Assembly (NCBI GenBank): GCA_963693365.1
Contig: CAVNZM010000017.1
Location: forward strand, 5,756,708-5,820,707
Length of the DNA: 64,000 nucleotides
Source of the DNA: Amoebidium appalachense
Lineage: Eukaryota > Protista > Ichthyosporea
Direction: 5' to 3'
Each line of letters opens with the position of its first letter. Within the stretch, counting starts at the first letter, position 1. The translations under genes and the position numbers were made by a program. Under the pieces are notes generated by a model. The model was not told where the DNA came from and did no database searches. It saw only the letters and a program-made list of their open reading frames with translations. This document shows positions 1 through 56,838 of the stretch, piece by piece.

Positions 1-7
1 CTCAATA

Positions 8-125
8 GGATGAGCTCTGCTTGTGCTGCATACTGGGTGAGTATCTGATGTTGCATACTTGAATGATTGCCTTTGCATGTGTCCTGCATCGTACATTAAT
101 ACTTCGTACCGTATTCCGCATTCTA
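8..125 (+). mobile_element. Diverged copy of dispersed SINE-like repeat (family A), followed by poly-C
   Basis: Aligns by eye to 36887-37034: GGATGaGCTCTGCTT...CTGATGTTGCATACTTGAATG...CTTTGCATGTGTCCTGCA...TACTTCGTACCGTaTTCCGCATTC. Confidence 0.8.
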
Positions 126-271
126 CCCCCCCCCCCCCCTCCCCCCCCTCCCTCCCTCCCCCCCCCCCCCCCCCCCCCCCCCCCACCTTGCGACATGCAT
201 TTTGTTACCTATGGAATGGAATGATTTCAACCTTGGTTGGAAAACTTACCAATTTTTCAACTATCTTGCAG

Positions 272-6599
<6,328 letters not shown>

Positions 6600-7196
6600 A
6601 CTTAACACAACCGTTATCACTTTACAAATAGGATGGTAAACATGTTTAAAAACCATACTAGAACGTTTGACTCGTATGTAGTAAGTATTTTAGTGTACAT
6701 AAGGCAAAACATTGATTGAGTAGATGTGCGTGGGGGGGGGGGGGGGGGGGGGGGGGGGGGATAGGAGAGGGGGGGGGGGGGGGGGGGGGGGGGGGCTGTG
6801 TTTTTTTTTTTTAAGGCCTTGTGATTCATGGTAACGGTAGATTTAAATTTTATCATAATAAAGACGTGTTGTGCAGTATTGTTTTGTTTTTTTTTTCATT
6901 AGACGAGGTGACACTGGGCCTTTTTTTCATGCTTTTGGCTATCAGCAACTTGGAACCTCGAGCTCCTGATAATTAAAAGTTTGAACTTTGCGGCAGTGTG
7001 ATCACAAAATACGGCACCAAGTTGTAGTCCACGAACTAAAAACGATGATTCCTTCCATCAACTTTGGGCCTACTGCTCTCCGCCGGCACTAGCCCGAACA
7101 CTTTCCCATTCTTATCAGTCTGTCGTCTGGCATATATGCATCAGCTTCAGCCTCCCCCCCCCCCCCCCCCCCCCCCCCCCCACACACACACACCAT

Positions 7197-7235
<39 letters not shown>

Positions 7236-8456
7236 ATCCCCACCCCCACCCCAAACCACCACCACCACCACAAAAAAAAAATAAATAAATAAATAACTAA
7301 GATTAGTACAAAGTGCACGTGGCACTGTTATACACACACACACACACAGACACACAGAGCCCCACCCGCCGGCACCACCACCACGTCCCCTGGCCACCCA
7401 CCCGACCACCGGAGCCCACATGTCCACCGGCCGCTGAGCGCTTAAGCAAACCTTGTCTTTGCCTAGGATTGGTTTATGCTACAGGACAAGGGAGCGAGGT
7501 TGCCACATATACACATTGCTGTTCAGAACATTAACGGAGTTAACAACGGAAATCTCAAAGCCTGGACACAGACAGTGCAAAACTTGAACGAACAACCCAA
7601 GGTGATAGTCATGATCAAAGAACACACGCATATACATAAACTTAGGCTGGGGGGATTCTTATATTTAGTAGACTTGTCGCGGTGGCCTTATATGGAAGCT
7701 CCGATTAAACCGGTTTCGGTTTCCACCAATGCTGTTAGGCTTGGCTCAGCACCGTTGAAGTCAGCAAGTATACCGACACTCAACGCCACTCGGATCGGGG
7801 GGGTTTGCAAAATTTCACGGGATTAAAAAAAAAATGATTGGTTGAGCTTCGGGGGAGGTACATATTTATCGGCGCCTAAACTCCCACGACTCAATAGCAC
7901 CCATATGTACACCATATCTACACTTGTACTTTTATTTACCTTACTTTTATTTACCTTACAGCTTTTTGAGCTGCGTCGCGGCCTGGAAGCAATTTCGCCA
8001 ACTTGCAGAACAAAAACAGAAGAAAATGTGGTGCGCAATTGCTGCGAACTCAAGTTTATTTTCTGTTTGGATACCATTTATACTTTCATGGTATATTACT
8101 ATATGAGATTCCGGCACGTCTCTGAACCTAGGTTTCCTTCCACTACAAAACTACATTGGATGCTATATATATCTCCATGTGTGCCAACACTGCGCGCGCG
8201 CGTGTGTGTCTGTGTGTGCGTGTGTGTGTACGTGCACACGCCGGTATGTGTGTTTGTACGCATGCAGGCACACACCAGTGTCTGAAAGGTTTACAAGCGT
8301 GTGGCACAAGAAAAACATGTGCAAATGTGGATGTGGTGACACCGAGCGCATACATAAATGTAGCATCTGCAGCAACGGTTTTGCTCTGGTCCGTATGGAA
8401 CATCCGAAATGATCAAATAAAGCAACTGAACCACACGAAAAACGACGACCCCCCCG

Positions 8457-8491
<35 letters not shown>

Positions 8492-8642
8492 AAAGAAAAA
8501 AAAAAAAAAAAAAAAAAAAAAACCCCCGAATTCAATAAAAAAACGAAAAATAAAAAGGGGACAGGGAGGGCAAGAGGACAAGAGGGAAAAAGCAAAAAAA
8601 AAATAAAAAAAATAACCGATATCAAAACCTCCCACCTCTCGA

Positions 8643-15232
<6,590 letters not shown>

Positions 15233-15575
15233 TGCGCCTTATATGAAGATGCAATCGTATCAAACAGGTTATAAGCCGAGGGGTGGAAAAGGGTGGAAGA
15301 GAGCCTCCACGGTAAGTGATCACAGCGCTGGACGGTGCCACGGCCCACGGGTTCGCCTGGAACTTCGCATATGCATAGGGGGGTTTACGCTGTTTACTCG
15401 AGGCAAAGAGAACCAGTCTCAGGTATGGGGGGGGGGGGTTTTGCTCGGAATATCCCCTCAGCGGTATATCATGATCACGTACATAGATGTCGGGTGGTGA
15501 CTATATATCAGGGTTTACTTTCTCTACGAGACACCATAAAGACTACAAGGAGAAATCAATTAGTTGGGGTTCCCC

Positions 15576-15615
<40 letters not shown>

Positions 15616-15647
15616 GGGCTCCCCTCGGGACACTCGGTATCAGCTGG

Positions 15648-15714
<67 letters not shown>

Positions 15715-15718
15715 TGCG

Positions 15719-17503
15719 CTATAATTTTGTAGTGATGTGTTTCTCAAGCCAATCAATACATCTAATAAACAGGTCGTAGTTACGCGTGTTTAGTATAAAA
15801 TCAAGGATGTTGTAATTTACAGGTAGGCTATCTTTCTGGGTGTCTGTTGTGAATGTGACGTGTGTGTGTTGCGGTATTATGTGGTCTATCAAACTACATT
15901 TGGCGATACATGACCGGTTAAACTGGTGTGTGTGTGTGTTGTTTGGGCATGCAAATGATGCCACCTTATACTTATTAGATCTCCACTGTATAGCACGTGT
16001 ACAGTAAAAGCGTGGTAATTGATCAATAATACCATCAGCTAGAGAAAGACCAGTTCTACAGGAAGGTAATATGTATTTAGGTGTTATACACTTGCGAGTG
16101 CCATATTTGGCAATATGGTTGAGGCGGTCAGTATATATAAAACGAGACATAAGGCTTAGTTTTTCAAGGTGTATGCTTTCATCGGGTCTAGTGTCGTGTG
16201 GTATCTTTTTCCATTTGTTATATTGCGTGATTATCTTGTGATTGTGTACATGTTTAATAAGTAAGTGGCAGTCCAAAGTCACACACACACTATTGCGGGG
16301 TTTATTTGTATTTGTGCCCAGGGGAGAAGGGGAGAGAGAGGGGAGGAAAGAGGGGAGAGGTGAGGAGGGGACAGGTCGGATAGAGAAGAGAGGGTGGGAG
16401 GGCAAATACTTCTTTAAGCGGCTTATGTGCTTATTGAATTTCAGCGCGAGATAGGATACTCTAGCAGCTATTGGGACCAGACCATATATCGAGAGCGTTA
16501 CAGGCCCAGGTTTACAACAGTTGTTAGATAGAAAGGAGGCAACTTCTGCTTCAAGGAAATTTGCCAAGGGTTTAAGCGCTCTAGTTCTCTCTTTCTTGAT
16601 CCAAGCGGCGAGAAGGGGTAAACCATATTCACATGCCGGGAAGACAAAAGTGCGAATAAATGTAAGTCTAATAGAAGGATGGAGGGGTGTGTCTTTAAAA
16701 ATATTAGCCGAGAAGAAAGCTAACCGCTTACGAGCCAACTCTACCCTCTTTTCGACCATATGGGGAAACATAACACCAACAGAATCAACCGGAACACCAA
16801 GATATTTGTATTCTGGAACTATAGGTACAGGTTTAGATGATAATGTAAATGTGTGTAAATTGTTAGCTATATCAGGTACAAGAACACCACATTTGTCTAT
16901 GTTAAGGATCATAAGGTTTGCCTTGCACCACTCTGACACTACATCGAACAATCTTTGCAGGCGTCTAGGGGTACGGGCAAGGAGGGACAGATCATCAGCA
17001 TAGAGAAGTGCAGGCGGAAAGTTATTAATAGGGTCATCGTTTTCGGCGTAAATCTTGACAGCCAAATCATCTATAAATAGGTTAAACAAAAAGGGGCTAA
17101 GCAATGAACCCTGCAAGAGACCTCTAGTACGAGCAAAACCATATGAAAGATGCCCATTAACCACAGCTCTACCATAGGTTTGAGACAAGAGTGCTTCTAA
17201 CAGAACACCAATGCAGTGTGGTACACCCCGTGCAGCAAGCTTTTCCCATAGGAGACCAGGGGAGACAGAATCGTAAGCAGTTTTCCAATCAATAAAGCCA
17301 ACATATTGTGCACCAACTTGCATAGAATCGTGCAGTGCCATTATTTGAACATAACATGAATTGTTTTTACGAAAAGCGGATTGGCATGGGTGTATGTGAA
17401 GAATAGATTGAAACCTAGGGTGATGTGCAAATAACCTAAGTAAGCAAGCTTCAAAGAATCTACGAACAACCTGGGTTAGTGTAATGGGGCGAAAGGATGA
17501 TAT
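15719..17503 (-). CDS. Non-LTR-type reverse transcriptase, uninterrupted for ~594 aa; N-terminus and any endonuclease missing
   Basis: FRPITLTQVVRRFFE, QSAFR, FIDWKTAYDSV, RGLLQGSLLSPFLFNLFIDDL, LLYADD, LNIDKC, YKYLGV; C-terminal WRSN...CPNN...FNRSCIAKC Cys motif. Confidence 0.92.
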   Translation of the reverse strand: MSSFRPITLTQVVRRFFEACLLRLFAHHPRFQSILHIHPCQSAFRKNNSCYVQIMALHDSMQVGAQYVGFIDWKTAYDSVSPGLLWEKLAARGVPHCIGVLLEALLSQTYGRAVVNGHLSYGFARTRGLLQGSLLSPFLFNLFIDDLAVKIYAENDDPINNFPPALLYADDLSLLARTPRRLQRLFDVVSEWCKANLMILNIDKCGVLVPDIANNLHTFTLSSKPVPIVPEYKYLGVPVDSVGVMFPHMVEKRVELARKRLAFFSANIFKDTPLHPSIRLTFIRTFVFPACEYGLPLLAAWIKKERTRALKPLANFLEAEVASFLSNNCCKPGPVTLSIYGLVPIAARVSYLALKFNKHISRLKKYLPSHPLFSIRPVPSSPLPSFLPSLSPSPLGTNTNKPRNSVCVTLDCHLLIKHVHNHKIITQYNKWKKIPHDTRPDESIHLEKLSLMSRFIYTDRLNHIAKYGTRKCITPKYILPSCRTGLSLADGIIDQLPRFYCTRAIQWRSNKYKVASFACPNNTHTHQFNRSCIAKCSLIDHIIPQHTHVTFTTDTQKDSLPVNYNILDFILNTRNYDLFIRCIDWLEKHITTKL

Positions 17504-17628
17504 GGGGCGAAAGGATGATATGGGGCGAAAGGATGATATGGGGGCGAAAGGATGATATGGGCGAAAGGATGATATGGGGCGAAAGGATGATATGGGGCGA
17601 AAGGATGATATGGGCGAAAGGATGATAT
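17486..17628. repeat. 8-copy tandem array of G(3-5)CGAAAGGATGATAT (17-19 bp) at the RT 5' junction
   Basis: Units start at 17486, 17504, 17522, 17540, 17559, 17576, 17594 and 17612. The reverse complement encodes ISSFRP, contiguous with ITLTQ. Confidence 0.95.
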
Positions 17629-19531
17629 GCATAGTGAAGCGGCGACAACAAGGTGACGATTGGCCAAAGTGTTAAAAATTTGCCCCTGCTCTTAAATAAC
17701 CATAAATGTACAACAATAATCCTGTGGACGAATCATTATAGCTGCATCAGGAAGCGTGTAAATTCTTCACTGATTCCTACAGCTGCGGTGCTTAGACAGG
17801 CGTTGGCAGACTGGCAGGCCGGAACCAAAACAGATTTTTCCGATTAGGCTCTAAAGGTCCTGCTTTCTGCATTGTTTCATATATTAGCATGCAAAAAAGG
17901 CAAATAGTATGTTGTGTGATTGAATAAGAATCCGACTTAGGTTGTTTGAAAGTTTGCCTTTGCGAACCTTGGTCGAGCTTGGACCGTCTAAATGGAATGT
18001 GGTAAAAAATAATCGATCGAGAAATGACCTTTTTTGGTCGAGATGCAAACATTATGATTGGCTCTAATTCATTTAGCTGATCTCCTAAACACCAACTTGT
18101 TAAGGACTTGTTCGTACTTAGGGGGGAATTTCCGTTCGAATTCGATTATCCACTTACGTAAGTTGCTCTTGAGTTCTGAAGAACAAATCCAATTCACACA
18201 CATTAATTCGAATTTGTACTGATATCAAGCATAAAAATCAAAAACAAGTTTTTTTATGGTTTAATGAAAATTTTTATGTCTCTATTTACATGTTTACAAG
18301 TCACAACTTTAAGAACCTCTCTCCTTTTTCGAATTCTTGGTAATCGACAAGAGACCCCACACGGAGCGATGGTGGGGGATTTATTGACTGAGCCACAGCG
18401 GCACAGCTGCCTACACTTGTGGCCGGCGCCCTTGTCTGCCTAAATTCCCCCCACACCTACTCTCGTTATGGGCGGCTTTATTCTACTTCTCTCCCCCAGT
18501 ATATCCGTTATAAAATGACCGTGTTAGATCACCTTATTAATGCTGCACAGTATGATATTGTGATACGGTGTCTTAACTTTCTCTCGGAGCTACCAATGCT
18601 AGCTTCTGCTTATCCATAATCTATACTAGGGTTGTTTTATTGCATACAGTGTACATAAGTCACTAGCTGCATTCGATTGGCTGCGCTGGAAACGCAGTAG
18701 GCCGTCAAGTGAGGCTGGGCCACTGACGATGTCCGCAGCAATACAAAGTGCATAAACCCCAATATTTCAAGTGCTAAACTGCATAAAACTTTTTTTTATA
18801 TATATAACAATTAACAAAGTTTATACGATGAACACATCTACTAAGAAAAGAAGCAACTAAGGCTCCATAGTAGCAAAAATTCTATGCATGCAAATACTAA
18901 ATTTTTATTATGTAAATATAAGCCTCTTCTTAAGTCTGTAATACGTTCAAAACTATTTGAGGTTTGTTATTGAGTTGTATATACGACAATACTGCAGATT
19001 TCCATTAGCGGTTCAACCCCAAACAAACGGGTATGGGGGGTGTAACGGTTAACTTGGCAACAGAAACTTTCGCGGCAAGTCACTCTACACTGAGGTGGTT
19101 GGAAACCGTACCCGAACTTGCCCATGAACACGTGCATTCTGAAGAACTAATATGGTGTGGGTATTAATATATATTTATACACACCCCTATTTCAAAAAGT
19201 TACTTCACATAACCGAAGCCACACATCAACACTTCCTCTTTTTCGCCAACCAAACCGGACAGCAAGCACTTGTGAAGAACGTACACGCCTATGTAGACCT
19301 TCTAACTTGAACCCAAAACGAAAGAGCGAGACGTTATCCAACGTGTTTTCACGTGCTCAGAGAAAACACTGAGCTGCCCAATCATTTTTATTATTTCTCA
19401 AGAAAACCGTCGTTCTAGCAGGCAACAAGAGAGTCAACACCACACATCCTGTTTATAGATTTACGTATCGAACTAACTTATTTGTAAACGGCACAGCACA
19501 GCTACTGCTTACCTTTCTCTCAAATGTAAAC

Positions 19532-20119
19532 ATGAGAATCATCACTTACAACAACCAAGTGCAACAAACACTCACAAAACCCACAGAGGCTCAAACACCC
19601 AACCAAGATGCAGCAATACCCAGGCAGGACCACACAACACTATCTATCCCCACAAATAACATGAACCCAACGAACCCCAGAGCTGTTCCCCAACACGTTT
19701 ACCCATCCATTTCTCTGGTGCCGCGAAGTCCTGGTCTACATCAAGAGACCCCCACCTCCCCTTGTCTCACAGCAATACAAAATACCACCATTAATTACAC
19801 TGGTTTACCGATTGAGCGCGAAGATGCAGAGGACATTTTACGACAGGAGAACGCCGAGGGGTGCTTCCTTATAAGGAAGTCGACTACCATAAAAGGACAA
19901 GATGTTCTGTCCTTGCAGCATTGCGGCACGATCTATCACGTGCGGATACTGAAGACGAGCGAGGGTAAATGTTATCTGTCCGGGTGTGCACAACGTACTT
20001 TCAACACAGTTCAGGAACTAGTGTCTGCGTTTATGAGCGAACCTTTTCGTGTGACCCAGACCAAGGCCGCCAACGTACACGTGAGGCTGAGGCGCCCATC
20101 CTTTGCTCACCTAACATAA
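19532..20119 (+). CDS. Intronless protein with a single C-terminal SH2 domain and a disordered T/P/Q/N-rich N-terminus (195 aa)
   Basis: IEREDAEDIL...EGCFLIRKS (FLVRES motif with the invariant Arg)...VLSL...IYHVRI...TFNTVQELV. Confidence 0.88.
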   Translation: MRIITYNNQVQQTLTKPTEAQTPNQDAAIPRQDHTTLSIPTNNMNPTNPRAVPQHVYPSISLVPRSPGLHQETPTSPCLTAIQNTTINYTGLPIEREDAEDILRQENAEGCFLIRKSTTIKGQDVLSLQHCGTIYHVRILKTSEGKCYLSGCAQRTFNTVQELVSAFMSEPFRVTQTKAANVHVRLRRPSFAHLT

Positions 20120-20206
20120 TTTTTAAGGCTATTTTAACTTTTTATTTATATGTTAGCTCACCTAACATAATTTTTAAGGCTATTTTAATTTTATATTTAT
20201 ATGTTA
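20105..20206. repeat. 51-bp tandem duplication spanning the SH2 stop codon
   Basis: GCTCACCTAACATAATTTTTAAGGCTATTTTAA...TATTTATATGTTA at 20105-20155 and 20156-20206. Confidence 0.9.
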
Positions 20207-22417
20207 AATCTATTACCTTGAGAACGTGGATGTGATATTATGGGGGTGTCGTCACTGTCATGGTCATGTGTGGGGATGTAAAAAGACGGCGGCGGCGGCA
20301 AGGGGAAGGGGGGGGGGGGGGGGGGGGGGGAGGGAGTGGCATCAGAACCTTTGATAGTCATATACGACATCTGCAGTAGAAGGGTGCAAGTAACTTGGCA
20401 ACTTTGTTCTCTGGCCCTTATTTCTGCTTTGCATAGTCTATATTGGTGTCTCACGTGTTTGTGTGCTCCAGAATTCTGTGTTCACTTTCTTTTCGCGAAC
20501 GTTTTCTTATTTGAATGTTCAGCTTGATTCCGCTCTGCTTTCATGCATATGTTGGTGACGCCAGAATAACGTAGTTAACGATGACTGTTGAGAATGTATT
20601 CAGCCTGCATACGGCAGGTTGTACCATTCGATGATGCAATAAAATACTGTGCAATACATAAGCATATGCATTCGCGCGCGCGCGCGCGAGTGTGAGTATG
20701 TGTTTTTGTGTGTGTGGAGACGGTATATGGATATCACACTCTTGCTCTTGTCTAGGAATAAATGGGACGTACCTTTCCTGTCTCCGTGTCACTGAACACT
20801 CAACGTTCCGTGGAAAGTGTATGCCGGGCTCAAAGCCCATATCGGTGGCCCGACCAAAAAGCATACACGCGCAAAAGCGGCACCCACATCCACACAACCA
20901 CACTCTCACACCCGTACTCACCACCCCTCCACACACACACACTATCGATTATTTAAAGTTACACCAGAAAATGGTACGAAGACAAGGGCAGGCAAGGACA
21001 CAAATATACTCGCTGCTTTCCCGTTTGCAGGTCGCAAAAACAAAGGCAACTGAACAGCACGTCAGAGCGTTCAATTATTCAAGCAATGCGTCTCTTCCAT
21101 GTTTCACTCGTTGAGTTTAACAATACATGCTCGCGTGCCTCCGAAATTGGTACTTTATTTGACTAGTACACATTCGTGTGCTCCCCCCCCCCCACCTTCT
21201 TTTGCCACTTTGCCGCACTCACACACGCAAGCAAACGCTTACCAACGCCAAATCAATAATGAGGCGTTCCGAGAGGCATGGCTTCCGCAGACAAGAGGCC
21301 ACACAGTGTTCGGCTGGCGCCGGCAGAACATGCATACAACCTGTCCGAGTGCAGTACGATCAGATGTTCCTGCACGCTGCACTGTTCCGTGGAAAAGTCA
21401 AAAGTTTCAAGGTTAGCGAGATGGCGTAAGCGCATTATGCAATACTATACGGTAGCTGGTACAGTGTGTGCCACTATCACACCGAGTAAAACTCGAGCTC
21501 CAGGATGCAAAGTGTTCTCTCTTGTGGGAGCCAAAAAAAACAAAAAAAACTAATAGAAATCTTTGGAACTTGAACTTTTTGAAACTTTTAGGCAGGTGCC
21601 AACAGCCAATGGAAAAGTGCGATTTTACATGCATGCCTAACTTGCCTGCGCCGCTGGCCCGCTGCCAACTGCAATAAAACGTGCAAAAAAGGGGCACACA
21701 ATTTTATTTTATTTTTAAAAAGTTTTTTTTTGTATTTCATCCGCCTATGAGCGTTTCTGGTACATGTTGTGTTTTTTGTATATCCCTATTATAAAACCTT
21801 GCACAGATGTACACAAACATGAGTCACAACGCCGTCAACGCCTTTGTTGGGATTCCTTTCGAGCAGAGCAAAACCAGTTTTATATTTCAAAACAGTTCCA
21901 AGGTCTAAGTACATAAAGAAGCATTGAAACCTCATCAAATGGAACAAACGGAAATACAAGCATAATATAGTAGTAGTTGGTATCTATTTTAGTTGTTTTC
22001 TTACTTTTACAATATTAAGTGCATACACTCAGCATTTGTGCTCTTCACACAATATAAATGATCTATTTGCACCTCTCCCAGTGGAATCCTTGCGTTGCAT
22101 TCCTTGGTCGGCTTCATAAAACAGCCGTGGCACACACACGTTACACACACTGCACACTGGTGTGAGCGGGGGGATGATTCGGACCTCCAAGTTATTAGCC
22201 AAGCAATCCTAGAACACACCATTATCTTTCCTACACACACGAGGTTCAAGCATTGCTAACCTGTAGGGGTTTATTTTTCCCACACACATGATTCGCTTAT
22301 AACATTCAAATTTATCATTGACACACCTGCACTGAAGCTTCGCCCGATTCAAAAACACAAAACCCGCGTTTCCTGTTTTGGTGTGAAGAACCATCATAGG
22401 AAGGGGGAACACACGTA

Positions 22418-53483
<31,066 letters not shown>

Positions 53484-54067
53484 GATATGAGCAGTAATGG
53501 ATATACGAGATATATGTGATATCATAGTTATTAGTAGTGGTTCAAGGCCTAGGTACCAAGTGGTACGAGGCCTGAAATAGTATATAGTTTTGGATTTAGC
53601 CTAGTATGGGGATTTGACCATTTTAACTTTTCCCTGAGTGGTATAATAAAAAAAATGAAGTCAATGTTAATAGATTTACATGAATGTAGAAGATTTCTAC
53701 ACCTTTTGTTCGTTTTTCCGTAGCCCAAAAAGGCACACGAAACCCTTCATCGGTGAGATCAACATCGATGATCGAGTAAGCCAACTGGCATTTTACATAT
53801 TAACACAAAAGAAAATAAATAAAACCATTTATTAAATCTTGACCTTATGCTTATGCGCCACAATCACCACAGGCTGTGAGATGCACACGTACAGCCGATC
53901 ACATTCCGGGCAGGCTTGCAAGTGGGCGAGGGGAGGGGAGCTGGAGGGGGGGGGGGGGGGGGGTGGAGATTTCGATATAAGGGCATATATACGTGTGACT
54001 CCTTTAGGCAATTGCATATTAGGTGTCTGTAGACTGTGCCGTTTGTGTGTTGTGTGTGTTGGGGCGG

Positions 54068-54123
<56 letters not shown>

Positions 54124-55180
54124 CTGTGCACGTATTTCGAAATACGGGGCATAGGTGTGACTCCTTTAGGCCAAAATTGAGTGTGTGTAGACCGCGCGGG
54201 CGGGCGGGCGAGGGGGGAGGGGAGGGGGGGGGGGGGGGGGGGGGGGAGGGGGAGGAGGATTTGTACACGTGTGTCCACATGAACGAGGTCCTTCCTTTAA
54301 ATTATAGGGGGTATCTTTGAGGCCGACTTATTGGCCTTTTTGGGTCAGGCCAAAATGGTGTTTGGTGCGCACCTCGCCTGCAGGTTAATTACAACACGCA
54401 AATCGCTTTCGGGTCTGACCCGAGCCGGATTGCTAAAAGAAACCCCCTTTAATAATTCTACGTTAGCCATGGCAAACCAAGGTACACAGTGTGTACTACA
54501 TGCACAATTATGACGGGTGGGGTCTTTGCTGAAATATATTTCGTACCCATAGTTTAGCTGCAAGCCGGACCTGAGACCTCCCTGTCCGATAGAAATATGT
54601 GGGGGGGGGGGGGGGGGGGGGGGGTAGAAAGTTTTTCATACTGATAATCTCTCGAGCTCCCCGGCCGACATATCAGCAGACAGTCACCAAAATGCTTTCG
54701 ACTCCCTCGGCACGTGCACCCAGATCTGGATCATCAAGTTGCAGGCGCATGCGGCAAAGCCTCCCGGTGCTTTGACCATGCCAAAAAGGGCACACTGTCA
54801 GGTTGTATCCGTCCGCGAAGTTGGTTTTCTCAAGGCCTTTTTCCTCTTCTTCTTTTTTCTCTTTTTCTTTTTCGTTTCTCAATTTTCTTTTGGGGGGGGG
54901 GGGGGTGGATCCCGCAAGGGAGGGAGGAAGGAGGGGGGAGGATTGGGGGGGAACATGTTGGGGGGGGGGGGGGGGGGTTAGTGTTTTTTCTTGTGTGGGG
55001 GGGGGGGGGGAGGGGGAGGGGGGAGGGGGGGGGGGGAGGACCTCAGGCTGCAGATCTCGGCCACGGGGCCTATATAGCTACTAATATGTCCAATTAACGG
55101 TATAGCAGTAACACTTACCCAAACGTACCCGGCGCCAGCTGCAGCGGCTTCTATAGAGCACGAGGCCATAGCGTGGCCCC

Positions 55181-55229
<49 letters not shown>

Positions 55230-56235
55230 ACACATACATCAAAAAAGAGAAACACACAAGAGTGCTTTACTGAGACTTGGTCGATATTATCGTTATGAGT
55301 ATGTTTTTAATTATTCTATTACAGAATCGGATAATCATATCCGTCCGCTTTAGGCATCCCCCTAAAATGTAGTTGCGGCTCACGTTCATACTTAGTATTG
55401 ACGTATTGGGACAGCTGCTGTATTTTTTTTAGGGCCGGGGGGGGAGGGGAGGGAGAGGAGGTGCCGGGGGTAGGGTGGGGTGTGGTGGGGTGGGGTGAGG
55501 GGGGGGGGGGGGGGGGGGGGGGGGGGAGGGGGCAGTGGATTTGAAAAAAATCGGCCTGTAAATGCAATGAGAACATCCCAAAATCTGGCTGCAGGCTGCA
55601 GTGCATGTTAACAAACATAAAAAAGAAAAATCCAGCTGGACTCTGTCTTGTTCCTATTGGTGGAGATCTTTCGTAAAAACGGACATGTAGGGCACCACTA
55701 TTTGATAAAACATTCATCGTGATTGACAATGTGACAAAAACATGGTGCGGCCAACAGCTCTAGTGCTGCAGCAGGACCCGGTGTGTGTGTGTGTGTGACG
55801 GTGTGTGTGTATGTTTGGAGGGGGGGGGGAGGGGGGTATGATTATGATTATGTTGTGCTTTGTATGTATGCTCAGCCCGACTGCTGAGGACCGAGGGGAG
55901 ACGATGTACATGTGGGCTGGGTCCCATCGTGTAAGGCTGTGTGATCCCCCCCCCCCCCCCCCCCCCCCCCCCACACACACCACACACACACACACACACA
56001 CCTCCCCCCCCCCCCCCCCCACCCCCAAAATTTTTTTTTAATGACTTGGGCCAACCCACCCTACCCTTCATGCAGGCAGGAAATCACAGATTTTCCGGAT
56101 CCATCACTTATTAACAGAAGCAAGGGATTTTCGTACATGTATAGTATTGCCTAGTAGGTCCGATTGCAGGCTGGGGTACAGCCGGAGGAACACAATATGA
56201 TGTGTATGTGTGCGCACGCGCATGTGTGTGTGTGT

Positions 56236-56305
<70 letters not shown>

Positions 56306-56352
56306 CAGTATGTGCACAGTATGCATGCATGTGTGTGCGCAGTATGCCTGCA

Positions 56353-56386
<34 letters not shown>

Positions 56387-56768
56387 CATGCGCTTGCGTG
56401 TGCTATTTCTGCAATATAAAGGCATGTGCAAGTGATGATAAATTTATGGGAGCGTGCTTCGGGATCCCCCCCCCTCCCCCCCCCCAATTTTTTTTCTTGT
56501 CTGTTTATTTGTGTGCCTGTGCGTGCGCATGTGTGTGTGTGTGTGTAATGATTGGATGGGTGAGCCGGTGGGAGCTAGGGGGGGGGAGGGGGGGGGGGGA
56601 GGGGAAGGGGGTGGGGGAATTAAATGCAGCATATGGAGGGTTGGAAACACGAAAGCCAAAACTAGAACAACGCCAGAAGCCAAAATATGACCATTTAAAA
56701 ATGAAAATTCGCAGGCAAGCGACACTTGGGGGGGTTGGCGTGGGGTGGATGGGGATGCGACGGTGGTG

Positions 56769-56838
<70 letters not shown>

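Larger units (their letters stand above)
15577..17628 (-). mobile_element. 5'-truncated non-LTR retrotransposon (RT ORF, (CA)n, short 3' UTR, poly-A)
   Basis: On the - strand: RT ORF, stop at 15719-15721, (CA)n at ~15649-15710, ~37-nt UTR with an AGGGG-AGC-CCCT hairpin, then ~35 A (15577-15611). No target-site duplication seen. Confidence 0.85.

Noticed and set aside
17486-17628. 18-bp array next to an RT as a CRISPR array or telomere
   Set aside because: No spacers and no cas genes; the unit is RT coding sequence, and the adjacent GGGTTAG is a single in-frame coding match.
20540-22400. Short ORFs between the SH2 gene and the giant gene
   Set aside because: No recognisable domain or consistent splice pattern; possibly decayed transposon sequence but not supportable.
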